Assembly: GCA_964188305.1 (NCBI GenBank)
Contig: OZ076885.1
DNA from: Podarcis bocagei
Lineage: Eukaryota
Length of the DNA stretch: 64,000 bases
Strand: one strand, 5' to 3'
The translations under genes were made by a program, and so were the position numbers. Each line of letters opens with the position of its first letter. Positions within the stretch are counted from its first letter, which is position 1. The notes beneath the pieces were generated by a model. That model ran no database searches, had not been told where the DNA came from, and saw nothing but the letters and a program-made list of their open reading frames with translations. Below are positions 13,311 through 25,594 of this stretch, one piece after another.

Positions 13311-13683
13311 ATGGACAGTCTATAAGGGGATTTGAGTTGTCATGGGGTCCCCAGGCAGTTGAATAGAGCAGAGTGCCTGTCCTGCTTTTTCCTGTTAGGA
13401 TCCTGACACGTGGAGCATTGATGAACTCAGCATAACATTGAATAGGAGCTTTTTGGCAGCTGAGAAACAAGGGCTAAGCTGCAGGTCAGAGATAACACCA
13501 CTGCAGATCTCCTTGTGCACACAGCTACTAGCATGCTTTCTTTCCTCCTGAGTGCAGGAAACAGCTCATGTTTAACGCGTTCACTTTTCAGTTTTTCCCT
13601 TTCTTCTAAAATGGAATTTGACAGTTTGGGTTGTTCAGCTCCCCTCTTGTCCCCTTTACTTTTTTTTTTTAATCACCTTTGCT

Positions 13684-13960
13684 TTTTACCTCATAAATAC
13701 TCTCCAGAAAGCAGGAATTAAATATAGTCCTCCCTCATTTTTTTTAAAACCACTTTCCCATTTTTACCTCAGAAATACTCTCTGTGGAAGCAGGAGCTAA
13801 TCTCCACCCCCCAACTTCTTTGCTACTTTTCCATTTTTACCTCAGAATTACACCCTGGGAAGCAGGAGTTAATCTTGTTCCCCATCCTTTTTCTATCACC
13901 TTTGCTCCCCCCCCCCCCTTTTACCTCAGAAATACTCCCCAGGAAGCAGGAGTTAATCTT
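13684..13960. repeat. diverged minisatellite, 4 units of ~73-84 bp with a conserved ~42-bp core
   Basis: Core TTTTACCTCAGAAATACTCYCCAGGAAGCAGGAGTTAATCTT at about 13684, 13762, 13835 and 13919, separated by pyrimidine-rich linkers. Confidence 0.85.
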
Positions 13961-15579
13961 GGTAAGGAAATGATAAGGTAGGATTTTTATTCTTTTCAGG
14001 GAAGGGCAGAAGGATATGACTGGCTGATCACTTCTGAACACAACACAGGCCTCCTTTTATTTTTATTTTTTAAATGGTTTCCTTTGCTTTTTCCTTTCAC
14101 ATGCCTTAAAGTCAAAAGTTGCCACAATTCTGCTTTGGGAAGGTGGGGTGGAAGATACGAAAACAGTTTAAATAGTGGCCAGGAGAGGAAGGAAATGTTG
14201 GGAAGGTAAATAGATAAAAACAGTTCCCCTCGTCTTTTCAGCAAGATCAGGTGAATTAAGTTGCTAGCTCCCCCCCACCTTTGTTAAACTTTGATGTATT
14301 CTGGCTGGCACAGAGTTGTGTCTTTGAAGTTGTTTCATATTCAGCCAATTTTCTTGGCACAGTTTCCAAATGCTAAATAACAACAGGGAGAGCGTGAACA
14401 TTGTCTTCTATGAAATGATGTCAAGCCGGCATCCTGTGTTAACGAATACAATGTAAAAGTTTCTCTCTCTGGTTTTGGCATTAGGATTAAAACACTGCAT
14501 TCCTCCTTCAGATATTTATGGGTAAATGACTCAAAGAGGCTGGAGGTTAAAAAGCAGAGGAATGAGCCTAATTCTTTTGTAACTGTAGGTGAGAATATGG
14601 GGTTTTTTTGGGGGGGGAGGCCCATGTACAGTTTACACTGCGCAGTCAGTGTGCTTCTCTGAGACTGCATGAGGGGTGGGATGAACGCAGGCTGAGATCT
14701 GCTGATCTGATGCAGGTTAGCAAGTCTTCTGTGTGCAGTTCTGCAACAATGACCCCACCTTGGAAGTAACCAGGAGTGGATTTTTGTGCAGAAGGAGTTC
14801 CAGTCAATATTGGTACTCAAATTCCTGGGTACAGAATTCTTTAAAACTTATGTAAGTGCCTTTCCACTTTGTAGATCTTGGGGTTCCAGGAAAGAACAGA
14901 GTGAGTTTGCCCTCCGCTGGATTCCATGTTAACCGGAATCACAGGGCTATTGCTGAAGACAGTGGCCCTATGACTAGATTCCCCTCCTCATCTCATAACT
15001 TGAAATCCACAGGGTGACATCATGCCATCTCTTCCCCTCATCTCCGCATCACATTGCAGTCTTCTGTGGGACAGAGAAATGCATGGTGTGATCTTATATT
15101 TAATGACAGTTTTAACCTGCCCTTTCTCCAGGGCGCTCAGTGGGACAACAAGGCCGTTCATTGCCCCATTCACAACAACTCTGTGAGATGTACTAGAGAT
15201 TGCTGAGTGAGCTGTGTGTCTCAGACTGTGCACATATTATTGTTTACTCTGTATCCAGCACACTGCCACCACTGGTTTTCGAAGTCGTGGATATGTGACG
15301 TTAGCCACCATCCCTATCTATCCTGTAGTTTCTTGAGAAATACTGCTGTTTGACATGCTTTCCCTCAAACCAACTTTGCTCTGAATGGAAAACTTTGGCC
15401 ACATTCACTTCACAGTTAAGCTGAGGTGTGTACAATTGAGGCAGCCATTGCACATGCTCAGAAGACAGTGCATGCACCTATGACAGCTTCTTGAATAGGA
15501 GTTTGGGCATGCTCATTGGCTGAAGACATTCTCACCCTATCCTGGTCTGACAGTTGACAGTATACTGCAATTCCTAATA

Positions 15580-15785
15580 ACAATAATAATAATTTATTTA
15601 TACCCCGCCCACTCTGGGCGGCTCTCAACCGAATATTAAAAACACAATACAGCATCAAACATTAAAAACTTCCCTAAACAGGGCTGCCTTCAGATGTCTT
15701 TTAAAGTAAGATTGTTGCTTATTGCCTTGACCTCTGCTGGGAGGGCATTCCACAGGGCAGGCGCCACTACCGAGAAGGCCCTCTG
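15580..15785 (-). mobile_element. 5'-truncated L2 LINE 3' end
   Basis: (AAT)n tail, CCGCCC...GGGCGG 3' stem-loop, and GAGAAGGCCCT / GCATTCCAC segments shared with the intact L2. Flanking CCTAATA at 15573-15579 and 15786-15792. Confidence 0.85.
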
Positions 15786-16982
15786 CCTAATATACTTTCA
15801 CATGTTTGGGTAGTTTCACATCTCTGCTTATCAGGATTGCATCCTTCATCTTTTACCAGAAAAGCTGTCTCACCTATTGTAAACCTTGTTGCGATGTCAG
15901 AGGACAATAATAACTTCATAGGATCCCCACTGTTCAACAACCTAGACGAATCATAAAACAATACCATCAGTACCACTAGGCAGTGATGAACTGTAGATTG
16001 AAAGGAAGTATGTAAAAATGCTGCTATTTCTTGGCTTTTAAAAAGTGCTTTGCTATTTGCCAAAGCATGGGCAGGGCATCTTCCTTTCTTACTTAGAGGA
16101 AAAAGGAGTGGGCCTTTTTCAAAATTCATTTCTGTGGTTTAAGACAGAGAGATGGGGGAAAAGTGATTGTGGGACTCTTTAACTGCTACCTTTTCATCTC
16201 ATTGGTTTCATCTAAAGAGGTTGAAAGGTGGGTGTTCTTTTTCAGAGAAAGGATGGGGAGTGACAGGGGACATTTTTGTGACTGACTTGTTATTAAAGAG
16301 TTGAAGTAGTTAAATGTCATACGCTAGTTTAGGCTATTTTGTTTGTAGGAGCCTGTTTCCAGTTGCTACTGGATGCTTTTCAGTTTTTTTTCCCCTGGGG
16401 AAGCTGCAATGGAAGCTTTAGTCTGCTTTTAACTTGCGAGTGTCTTATGGAATTAGCATAAAGACAACAGTAACCCCAGTGGTGGTATAATACTGCAGCT
16501 GAGCTCGTTAGAATGGGCACTTAGAAAAACCTGGATTTTCCTTTCCAGGTCTTCAGATCTTTCATCTCATGTAGAAAAAAAAAAAGCGAATGGACGGTCA
16601 CTTTCTTTTTCTTTATATTGGACAAAAAAAGGAGCAAGGGACCTCCACACCCCTCCTGCCTCTGCCCTCATCATTCAAGCACCCTTGTTTTGTGCAAAGT
16701 TCACTGCATCTCCTTGGGGCTCAATTCAAGAACCTTACAATGGAAGGTAGTAATTCATTATAGGAGAAGGCTGCAAGCTTTCCCTTCATTAATGCTCAGG
16801 GTTTCAACTTAAGGGAGCAAGTCATTCATTTAGGTGCAGTGCCTAAGGCTACCTCCAGGTCTCTTGATTCCCCCCCTGGCAACACACAGAGCTGGAAAAA
16901 GCTCCATGCTTTCGGGTGTGTGATAAGGATGGGCTTGCTTGTGACACCTTGCAACCCCTATTTGTGTTCCTACAATGTACTG

Positions 16983-16984
<2 letters not shown>

Positions 16985-17028
<44 letters not shown>
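16985..17028. repeat. (GT)n microsatellite
   Basis: About 22 perfect GT units. Confidence 0.98.
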
Positions 17029-17029
<1 letters not shown>

Positions 17030-17626
17030 TATCAGCTGATCCCTCTACTGCTATTTTTCTTTCAGAAATCTCATAATATCAGACAAAGCGCAGGTTATGC
17101 CCCAGTAGTATACTTTATATCCTCTGTGCACCTCCTGCCATATCTTTTTTTCTGGTGCCACCACTGTTCTAATCCAAATGTCAGCTTTTCTGTGTTGATG
17201 TTCTATGCTGTGTTCTCAGATCTGTGGTTCAGCACACAGCTAGGAATGTGGGAAGAAAGGCAAGAACGGACAATTTGTCCACTGATACTCATGTGCTATT
17301 TGTGCAAAGCCATTTAAGACTGCCAGTTTTCTTTTCCTTGGGACTCTTGCACATTTAACAGCTGAGGAGCAAGCAGGTGAAGCTTTCCCCAGCTGATAGA
17401 GGAACTTATGGTAAGTAGGTAAATCTACCAGCTGATGTTCCTGAAGTCATGCAGCTGTTAAGAACACAGGATGCCTTTCGGAAAAAATATATATGGTAGC
17501 AACTAGAAGACAACCCAATGGGCTGGGCAGATTGTTGAGATTCCTTTCAGCTATGTGAACTGGAGGGGCATCAACCCTGGCACTTATATAATATTTGGGT
17601 TTTCAAGTCCAGGTTGTTGAACTCTA

Positions 17627-17930
17627 GAGCTGCATTCATATGGCAGTTTATTCCATTTCCTCAAACTGTTAGATTACACATTATATTTGAGCTTTCACAC
17701 AACATAAAAGCCGCTTCTAGAACTATAGTGGAATATAGTGCAAGTTTAGCGATCCTCTTCATGTTATTTGCTTCCAGAAAAAAATCTGTCTGCAAATGAT
17801 ATGGATATGAGTGCTAAACTTGTGCTATATTCCACTATAGTTCTGGAAGTGGCTTTGACGTCATGTGAAAACTCAAGTATAATGTGGAAATTAAGTATCG
17901 TGAAAATGGAATAAACTGTTATGTAGCCTA
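17627..17930. mobile_element. foldback (near-complete palindromic) MITE
   Basis: 17644-17658 is the reverse complement of 17904-17918. 17714-17750 matches the reverse complement of 17813-17849 at 34/37. The loop is only ~20 nt. Confidence 0.75.
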
Positions 17931-20337
17931 AGCGTTGTGCAACTAACACCCTGCCACAGCATGGGGGTATGGCTGAGTTATTGGAATGTACAGTGTAGCC
18001 ACTTGGGGCAGCAACATTTCTTAGGATGACTTGGATTAAAGTAGCCTGTAAAACGTCCAGAGTACTAAAGCATCAATGCTTATATTGTGAGGCTTACACA
18101 CTTGAGAATGATCAGCTATCTGACTAAAAATAATATAATTATAATAATATTATAATATATGTATAGTAATAGGAGCATGTTTGCCTTTGGGGAGCGGTGA
18201 TTACTTGGCAGCAAAAAAAGAAAAGAAAAAAGGGTGAGGAGAGGTCACAAGACAAGGAGACAAGGCAAAGATTTTTGCAAGCTATGCATGCTTGAAAAAC
18301 ACTAATGATGCTCACCACATACGTGATTCATTTCTTTAAAATGTCATCATAAGCAACCTAATTGCATATGTGGAAAAAGTTTGGTTTACTTTTGTATAGA
18401 CTCTCAAGATGAAACGTTATTTTGGTTGTGTGTGTGTATGCCTCAGTTTCCCCTTCTACTCCCTTCCATACCTTGGCAGAAAGAATGTAGAGTGATTTTG
18501 CCAGTGTGGACTTCTGCAGATGTTTGTTCTCTTGCTGCATATACTTTATAATTATTTTTCCTGTTGCATGGCTTTTAGTTCCAAGCCTGTTTTCCCAAGC
18601 TTCTATCTATATTGACCCAAGAGGCACCTTTTGAGGTGCAACCAGCATTTTTCTAACTCTTCAAATTGGTACCAATTGGACAGTGTCTGTGACATCACTG
18701 AAGATGAATCACAGTCCTCCCTCCTTTTTTATGCCGGTGCAAGCTGTAGACCTATACAGATGCACAATATAGTTAGATACAGAATATATATGTATGTTTG
18801 TGCATGCGTGAGAGAGAGATTGAGATTGAGAGGAAGCTGCCTTACGCCATGTCAGACCATTTTCCCCCTGGGTGCTCTACTCAGGGATCTTATATCGCAA
18901 ACGACATTCAGATCCCATTTTTCCTGTGTGCACACTTAGCAAATTAGCTTCCATGCATCTACCTTTTTCACTCATAATATTCATTGCTATTCCAGCCATA
19001 CCACTACACACACACATATATACTTTTAAACTTTTTATATGCTTTTCCCTAATGCAGCAAGGCTCTTCCCTGACTGTTGCAGGATTGGGGTTACCACCAT
19101 CACAGCACTAAGGGAGAAGCCACTACAGTTTCCAGAGATGGTTGCAGTGTACATGCCCTGTGATAAGCAGGCTTGGAAACATAACAGCATTTCTTTTCAG
19201 CCTTTGCAGTCTGTGACATAGTTAATACCACCCCATGTCTTCCCTTGTGCCTTTCACTATAATGTTTGTATAGCTCTTCCTGTGTTTGTCTGAGACTTCC
19301 AAAATCTTATGTAAACTCAGAGAACGTTATGAGGTTCGGGTTCTGAATAAACCAACCCTGCATTGATTGTTTGTATTTATATCTGGAAGAGTTGTGAATT
19401 ATTTATGGAACAAAAGGGGATGCCTGCCACAAAAGTTGCGATATTCAGATGTATCTTCACACAGTTGGGTGTAATAAAGGAGTAAGTAAGAAGGAAATGG
19501 AATGAGGCAGGACAAAAATGAGAGCAATGTAGGGCTTATTCATACTTACCTTTTGGGCATGCTTTAAAGCTCTGTGTCCACATACTCTTTGATATTTTTT
19601 TTTTTGCTTCATTGCTTTCCCTAGGAAAACCTGCTCTTTAACGCTGAATTGGAACAAATGGCAATTTGAGTTTTCTGTGGAGTGCTGTTTGTTCTGAATC
19701 AGTAGTAAAGAGTGGATTTGCAGGGAAAGCACCAGGGTAAAAATAATATTAAGTGCTTGGACATGGCGCTTTAAAGCATGGATCTGTACACAGAAACCCA
19801 GCACAAAAGGAAGTCTGGATGAGCTCACAGTGTTATGATTAAGATATCTATTGCTACAGTTTGGTAGTTTAACAGAACTGTGATCCTCAGATGAAGAGCA
19901 GTATATAAATTTAATGAACAATAATAATAACGGTTCAAAGATAAGTTTTTACCCACCCTCAAGGCAAAAGGTAAGAGTTGCTCCATTCCTTAGTTGCTGG
20001 TAAAAGAATATTGTCTACTGAATCTTTTAACTACTATTCATTACATCATTACCTAATCCACATTGTTTGTACTGTTTGCATAAATTAACCCTGGTGTATG
20101 TCTGCATAGCTGACAGAGTGGGCAAGGGTGCTGTTTATGGGTAAATTAACCTTAGTTAAACTTGTTCCTTATTTGAACATGTTCCTTGGATTTAGGATTT
20201 GTATTCTGATCTAATATCAAAGTAACCACATTGCTTTGAAAGACCATATTTGGTTTTATCCTGTCCTGGTACCAAAAACCAACAGGAACCTAGAGTTGTC
20301 CGTAGAAAACTGTTTCAAAGCTGTCATAACTTTAACA

Positions 20338-20473
20338 CAGGGATAGGGAATCTGTGGCCCTCTAGAGGTTCTCCAGTTCTCATCAACCCCAGCCAGTATT
20401 GCCAATGGACAGGGATAATGGAAACCATAGTCCAGCAATTTTTGGACAACCACAGTTGGGCTTCCCATTTCTG
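20338..20473. mobile_element. ~130-bp palindromic hAT-type MITE (degraded)
   Basis: CAGGGATAGGGAATCTGTGGCCCTCTAG...TTCCCATTTCTG; same family as 8020 and 23090. Confidence 0.6.
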
Positions 20474-21395
20474 CTTTGATGATTCTATATCTGTGTACAG
20501 ATACCCACTTCTTCTCCCCAGTGGTATCATTTTTCCCTCCACAGTCCTGCCATTGGAGAATTTGGACATCATATTCTGCTCTGTAGAGAAATGTGCCTGG
20601 GCGTTGGCAGGATATGCTTTTCAGCTGAATCATCTCCTGCTCATCTGTGTCTGTTCAGTTGGGTGGTCTGCTGCTCCTATCCGCAGGATAGGCTTGGGCA
20701 GAGAACTTAACCATGGAGGAGAAGAGTTGAGTTGATGTCAGCTAAGCAGAGGACTGCTCTGAACATCAAGGGAAAGAAGACATTTCTAGAGCGATAGTAG
20801 TGAGTGAAGCCCATAGCCATACATCCCAAACCTTAATGCTAACGCACTTGTCCTTTGGGGAGCTGTAATCCTTCTGGACTTCTTTCACATTCTGTGCCTA
20901 AAGAGGGAACATACGTAACTGATTCTGCTTCTCCTTACCCCAGTGATGTAAAATGCATGTGCCCCACCTTGCAGAGGATAGTCCTCTATCCAAAAGTGCT
21001 GTCAAAGGGTAATTCTATATTTGAAGGACTCCTCTATATAAAGGGTGGTCCGTTTCGCATCCAGTTTAAAGATCATAAAGAATCATAAAGAGTAGGGACC
21101 CTGAACAGTTGACTGAGCAGGTCAGTCTTCCCAAGTATGGTAAGATACCTTGTATGTCTATTTCAATCATAGCAATTATTTCTACCTTTGCAAATCTAGT
21201 ATAGGCAAAATTTGTGCAAAACTTTGTCTTTGTTTATCTCCTTTGTTTATGGAATAATCCTTCCTTTTCACAAAACAAAACAAAACAGCAGGATGAGACA
21301 CACAAGAGGAGTTCAGTAGTAGAGTACATGCATTCGCACGAGTCAGATAGAGTAGTTCCTAAGGGCTCAGCTGGGGAATCTAAGTGAAGGCTGGG

Positions 21396-21519
21396 CATGG
21401 TTGTAGCCAGGATTTTTGTTAGGGTTTGCAGAACCTCAGTTACCTATGTATTTTTATTGGTTTTTATTGATTTAGGGGTGGGTAGCTGCATCTCTCTACC
21501 CCCTCTGGCTACGCCCATG
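21396..21519. mobile_element. hAT MITE
   Basis: TIR CATGGTTGTAGCCAG / CTGGCTACGCCCATG; perfect 8-bp TSD AGGCTGGG at 21388-21395 and 21520-21527. Confidence 0.85.
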
Positions 21520-22389
21520 AGGCTGGGGCATCTCTGGCTTGGGAGTCAAATGTAGTCTTCAGGTCCCTCCGTCTGGCACTCAGTACTGTCTCCACCCAGC
21601 CTTACCTCCTCCATGGCCTACACCCCTTTCTCCTCAGGCCACACTCCCTCATGTCCCACTGAAGTGCTTTTACTTTCCTGGAATGCATTCTTGAACTACA
21701 GGGCAATAGGATGTGGCTAAAATTGGGGGGAATCAGAGGGTGAGGCTTGGGGATTTCATTACTTCCCCATAACATTTTAGTTCCCTGCCAAAAGATTCAA
21801 TGGACCTGTGGGGTGAAAGACTGATGGAAGATCAGTGAACCAATGAATTAGTGTGGTCCACATAATACAGTACGTTGCAGGGAGATGTGGTTTGGCAGTG
21901 TCTGTGCAGCTGCCCATTTGGGCTTGTGTACTTGACCTGCTGCTTTGGAAAAAACTCATTCACACTCCCCCGAAATTCTGCCTGTTGCTGTTCAGAGAGC
22001 CTCACAGCCGTTCCTAAGACTCCCTGGAGTCTGCAGGTTCCTGTAGGCCAGGCCAGGGCATTATAATGCACAATCCCTGAGGACCAGTCAGAATGGATGC
22101 CTATTGTGGGCAAGTTCAAATATAAATAGGGAGGGCCTTTTTTTACTACTTGTCTCCTGTAGGTTGTTCAAAGAAAAGCACAATAGGCTAAAAATAATGA
22201 ATCCAGGTGGCTGAATTTTCCACATTCAAGGAGAGTTACATGCTGATATTCTTATCTCAATGCCATGCTTTGGCATTACATACTTGTTTGCCCTTTTCAG
22301 GGATCAGAAACCACAAGCTATTGTATGCAGTAGTTATATGAAACCTTGTAGACTGTTTGGCTGTTTTACCTGCACTCTTTTCTTTACCA

Positions 22390-22632
22390 GAGAGCCAGTG
22401 TAGTGTTAAGAGCGGTAGTCTCGTAATCTGGGGAACCGGGTCTCCGCTCCTCCACATGCAGCTGCTGGGTGACCTTGGGCTAGTCACACTTCTTTGAAGT
22501 CTCTCAGCTCCACTCACCTCACAGAGTGTTTGTTGTGGGGGAGGAAGGGAAAGGAGAATGTTAGCCACTTTGAGACTCCTTTGGGTAGTGATAAAGCGGG
22601 ATATTAAATCCAAACTGTTCTTCTCTTCTTCT
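22390..22632 (+). mobile_element. tRNA-derived SINE with L2-type tail (Squam2/Anolis SINE2-like)
   Basis: Degenerate tRNA head; central GCTGGGTGACCTTGGGCTAGTCAC...CTCTCAGC...ACCTCACAG; tail GTTAGCCACTTTGAG...AAAGCGGGATAT parallels the L2 tail GTTAGCCGCCCTGAG...AGGGCGGGATAT; ends in (TCT)n. Confidence 0.85.
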
Positions 22633-22773
22633 ACCACCATTGGGATACTGGAGTTGAAAATAGGTGTTGAGGAAATATTTGTGTGGGTATTGCACTCCAA
22701 ACTGTTATACAGGGCTGGTCACTTGATTCTAGGTATGCTTGAGGCCTATTGTTGAACAACCAGAATATGGTTA

Positions 22774-23024
22774 CAGTCATATCTTGGTTGTCGAAAGGAA
22801 TTGTTTCTGGAAGTCTGTTTGACTTCCGAAAATGTTTGACAACTAAGGCACAGTTTCTGATTGGCTGCAGGAGCTTTCTGTACGCAATCGGAAGCTGCGT
22901 AAGCCGCATCGGATGTTTGGGTTCCAAAGAACGTTTGCAAACTGGAACACTCACTTCTGGGTTTGTGGCATTTGGGAGCCAAAACGTTTGAGTCGCAAGG
23001 CATTCGGGATCCAAGGTACGACTG
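22774..23024. mobile_element. Tc1/mariner (Tigger/pogo-like) MITE
   Basis: TIR CAGTCATATCTTGG / CCAAGGTACGACTG flanked by TA on both sides. Confidence 0.8.
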
Positions 23025-23089
23025 TATTTGAGTGCTATATCTAAAGCTGATAGACTGCAGCCTGGTACAAGGCCTGATAGCCTGCCTCT

Positions 23090-23225
23090 ACATCATGGGG
23101 AACCTGTGGCCCTCTGGATGCTGTTGAACTACAGCTCCCAGACAATGAGCATTAGCTATGCTGACTGGGGCTGATGGAAGTTTCAATCCAACAACACCTG
23201 GAGGGCCACAGGTTCCCCACTTCTG
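23090..23225. mobile_element. ~130-bp palindromic hAT-type MITE
   Basis: TGGGGAACCTGTGGCCCTC...GAGGGCCACAGGTTCCCCA is a perfect inverted pair. Confidence 0.8.
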
Positions 23226-23231
23226 CTGTTT

Positions 23232-23380
23232 GCCACATCCACACATGTAGCTTTCCCACAAAGGATCTTGGGGACTGTGGATTATCTCTCACAGAGCTAC
23301 AATGTCAAGCACCCTTAACAAACAGCAGTTCCCAGGATTCCTGGGTGGAAGCCATGTGCTCAAAATATATTATGTGGACG
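23232..23380. mobile_element. palindromic MITE (superfamily uncertain), family also at 46575 and 52732
   Basis: Shared AAACTACAGTTCCCAGGATTC / GAATCCTGGGAACTGTAGTTT-like arms and a CCACATCCACAC terminus. Confidence 0.6.
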
Positions 23381-25594
23381 AGAAAGTAGAGAAGCATGAT
23401 GAGCACCCTCATCAAAGGGTCGGGAGGAAAGGCCAACCCCTATCCTCCCATATATTTTCATCAGATGAAAAGAAGGACTTTCTTGTACACTTGTAATACT
23501 CCTCCTCCTTGTGGTTCCCATATACCAAGGATTTCTTCCTAGCCCACCTGCACACCCTTCAACAAGTTGAGTCCCAAAACCGGGATGTGCATCTTTGTGT
23601 CCATGCTCCTATGTGAGTAATGTGACCTACGCAGGATCACAGAGCCCAAAAGATGTGCTTTTTCAAGGTTGTGCTCTCACTGTGCCCCCAAATGCATGTG
23701 TTTATGGGTGCCACCTGAGATTGTGCCCTGGCAAAAGCACTTTTTTGGGGGGGATAGGGGCAAGATTTCAGTGCAAAATCATGTGATATCATGGTGTCCA
23801 AAATGGCTGCTATGCTCTCGTTGGAAAAAACGGGATGTCCAGGATCCTCCAGGACACTTGCAGGTTATGCTGCTGCCAATTACATGTTGCTGAAGGCACT
23901 TCACTTGCTGTTTTCCTTTAGAATGCAATCACCTATCCTGCACTGACCTCTGATGCAAGAATGTAACGGACCATAGCCACATCCCCTTCATTTGTGCACT
24001 CCCCACCCACTTAGCTTGCAGTCTTGTGAAAGTCAAGATTGTGTAAACACTTGAATCTGTTTGCAGTTGCGGCACTCAGACACATTCACTGATATTTTGC
24101 TGTCTGGGTAAGCAGTGGTGGCGTGTGGGGGAGAAGAAAGGCTACCCCAAGGAGGCTTCTCAATTATTTACCAGGATCAGGAGCAAGAAAATAGGTTGAC
24201 CAGGGTTAGAGCACATAAGAAATGGATACTGAGAAGACTGGTTGGCTTCATCCAAGTCCACATCCACATAGACATTCCTCTTCATGCTTCTGCAGCCATA
24301 TTGCTGGGCATTTAAAGGTCCAGGCTTGCCAGTTGCGACCTATCAACCCTAGATCCATCATTTGCACACAGCATGTATGTTATTAGGCACATCTTGCCTA
24401 AGGCAATGCTTATGGTCCTTCTTGGATGACATATCACTTATAAGCCACAATGACACTGTTGTAGTTAATTTTGGTTAATGTTCATGTAATCAAAAATAGT
24501 TTATGAGGGGTAGCTGGGTGACAGATGACCTATATATAAAAATCCATCTGTACCTGACTGGGTGTGGCTGAGATACCACAGAATATTTGAGGATATTATG
24601 CCATGAATGTGGTGCTACAGGAGATAGGAATAATCACTAGCAGCTGTCAGAAGTAGGAAGAGATAGAGAGTGGTGGGGAACGTCTGGTCTGGAGGCCTAA
24701 ATAGGCCTGCCACCCACACGTCTGAATTGGGCCAGCAAAGCCATTTTAGTCAAAGCACACTCACCTGTCACCTGATGTCATATCTCAAATCTCAGCACTA
24801 AGTACTAAGGTCACATATATTTGATATTTATGCTATGGGAATACAGCTCTAAGATTGGAGATAAATCTAGGCTTGCTTCCACCTCAAACTTTGAATGATG
24901 TCACACAATGTCAGGTAATTGATAGGTGGATGGCTGTGATGGCAGCAGACTAGTTCAGGCGAAGCAGATCAGGCCAACCATGATAGCATACATAGCGTTT
25001 TTCCTGCAGCAGATAGAAAAAAGTGAATATTCAGTGTCACTCTTGGCCAGCAGTTGCTGCCTATGTTGATTCCCTCACACTGTCTAATGGCAGGACTGGC
25101 CAGGCCACCACATCCATCAATCTTAGCTGTCCAAAGGTTGTCTGCTTTCTGAAACACCCCTGCCTCTACTTCCTTCTTTTTACTCTGTTGTCTGTCTGTT
25201 CTCTGTGATGAGTTGAAGATTGCAGACAATCAGGACTCAGTCTTTCCCTCTTCTACTCTGTAAAGTGGGGAAATGCACACTGCTGGCATTACATTATGTT
25301 ATACTGGAGTGATGTTTGTGGACAAAAGCCCTGATCTCTTTTCCTCCATTTGGGGATGCGACTGACATACCTTGTAAGCCAGTTGTGCAAGGAAGGGCAT
25401 AAGTAGGCTCTCCTAGCTTCTGCCTTCTCTTCCAGTATTTAGGTAGTGTCTAAAACTCACCATGATCATTGTTATTTGATTTATAATAGTGATAGCTAAA
25501 GCAGAAGGTAAAAAACAAAACAAATGGAAAGTCTCTCAATCAATGAAGGAATGATAAATGTGTGGCTGTGTGAAATAACTTCCCTTTACATTTA

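Noticed and set aside
13684-13960. CRISPR-like repeat/spacer appearance
   Set aside because: Vertebrate DNA with no cas genes. The repeats are degenerate and the 'spacers' are mutually similar pyrimidine tracts, so this is a minisatellite.
14242-14250. 9-nt microexon CAAGATCAG
   Set aside because: Weak donor (GTGAAT) and no upstream TGC enhancer motif; expected by chance.
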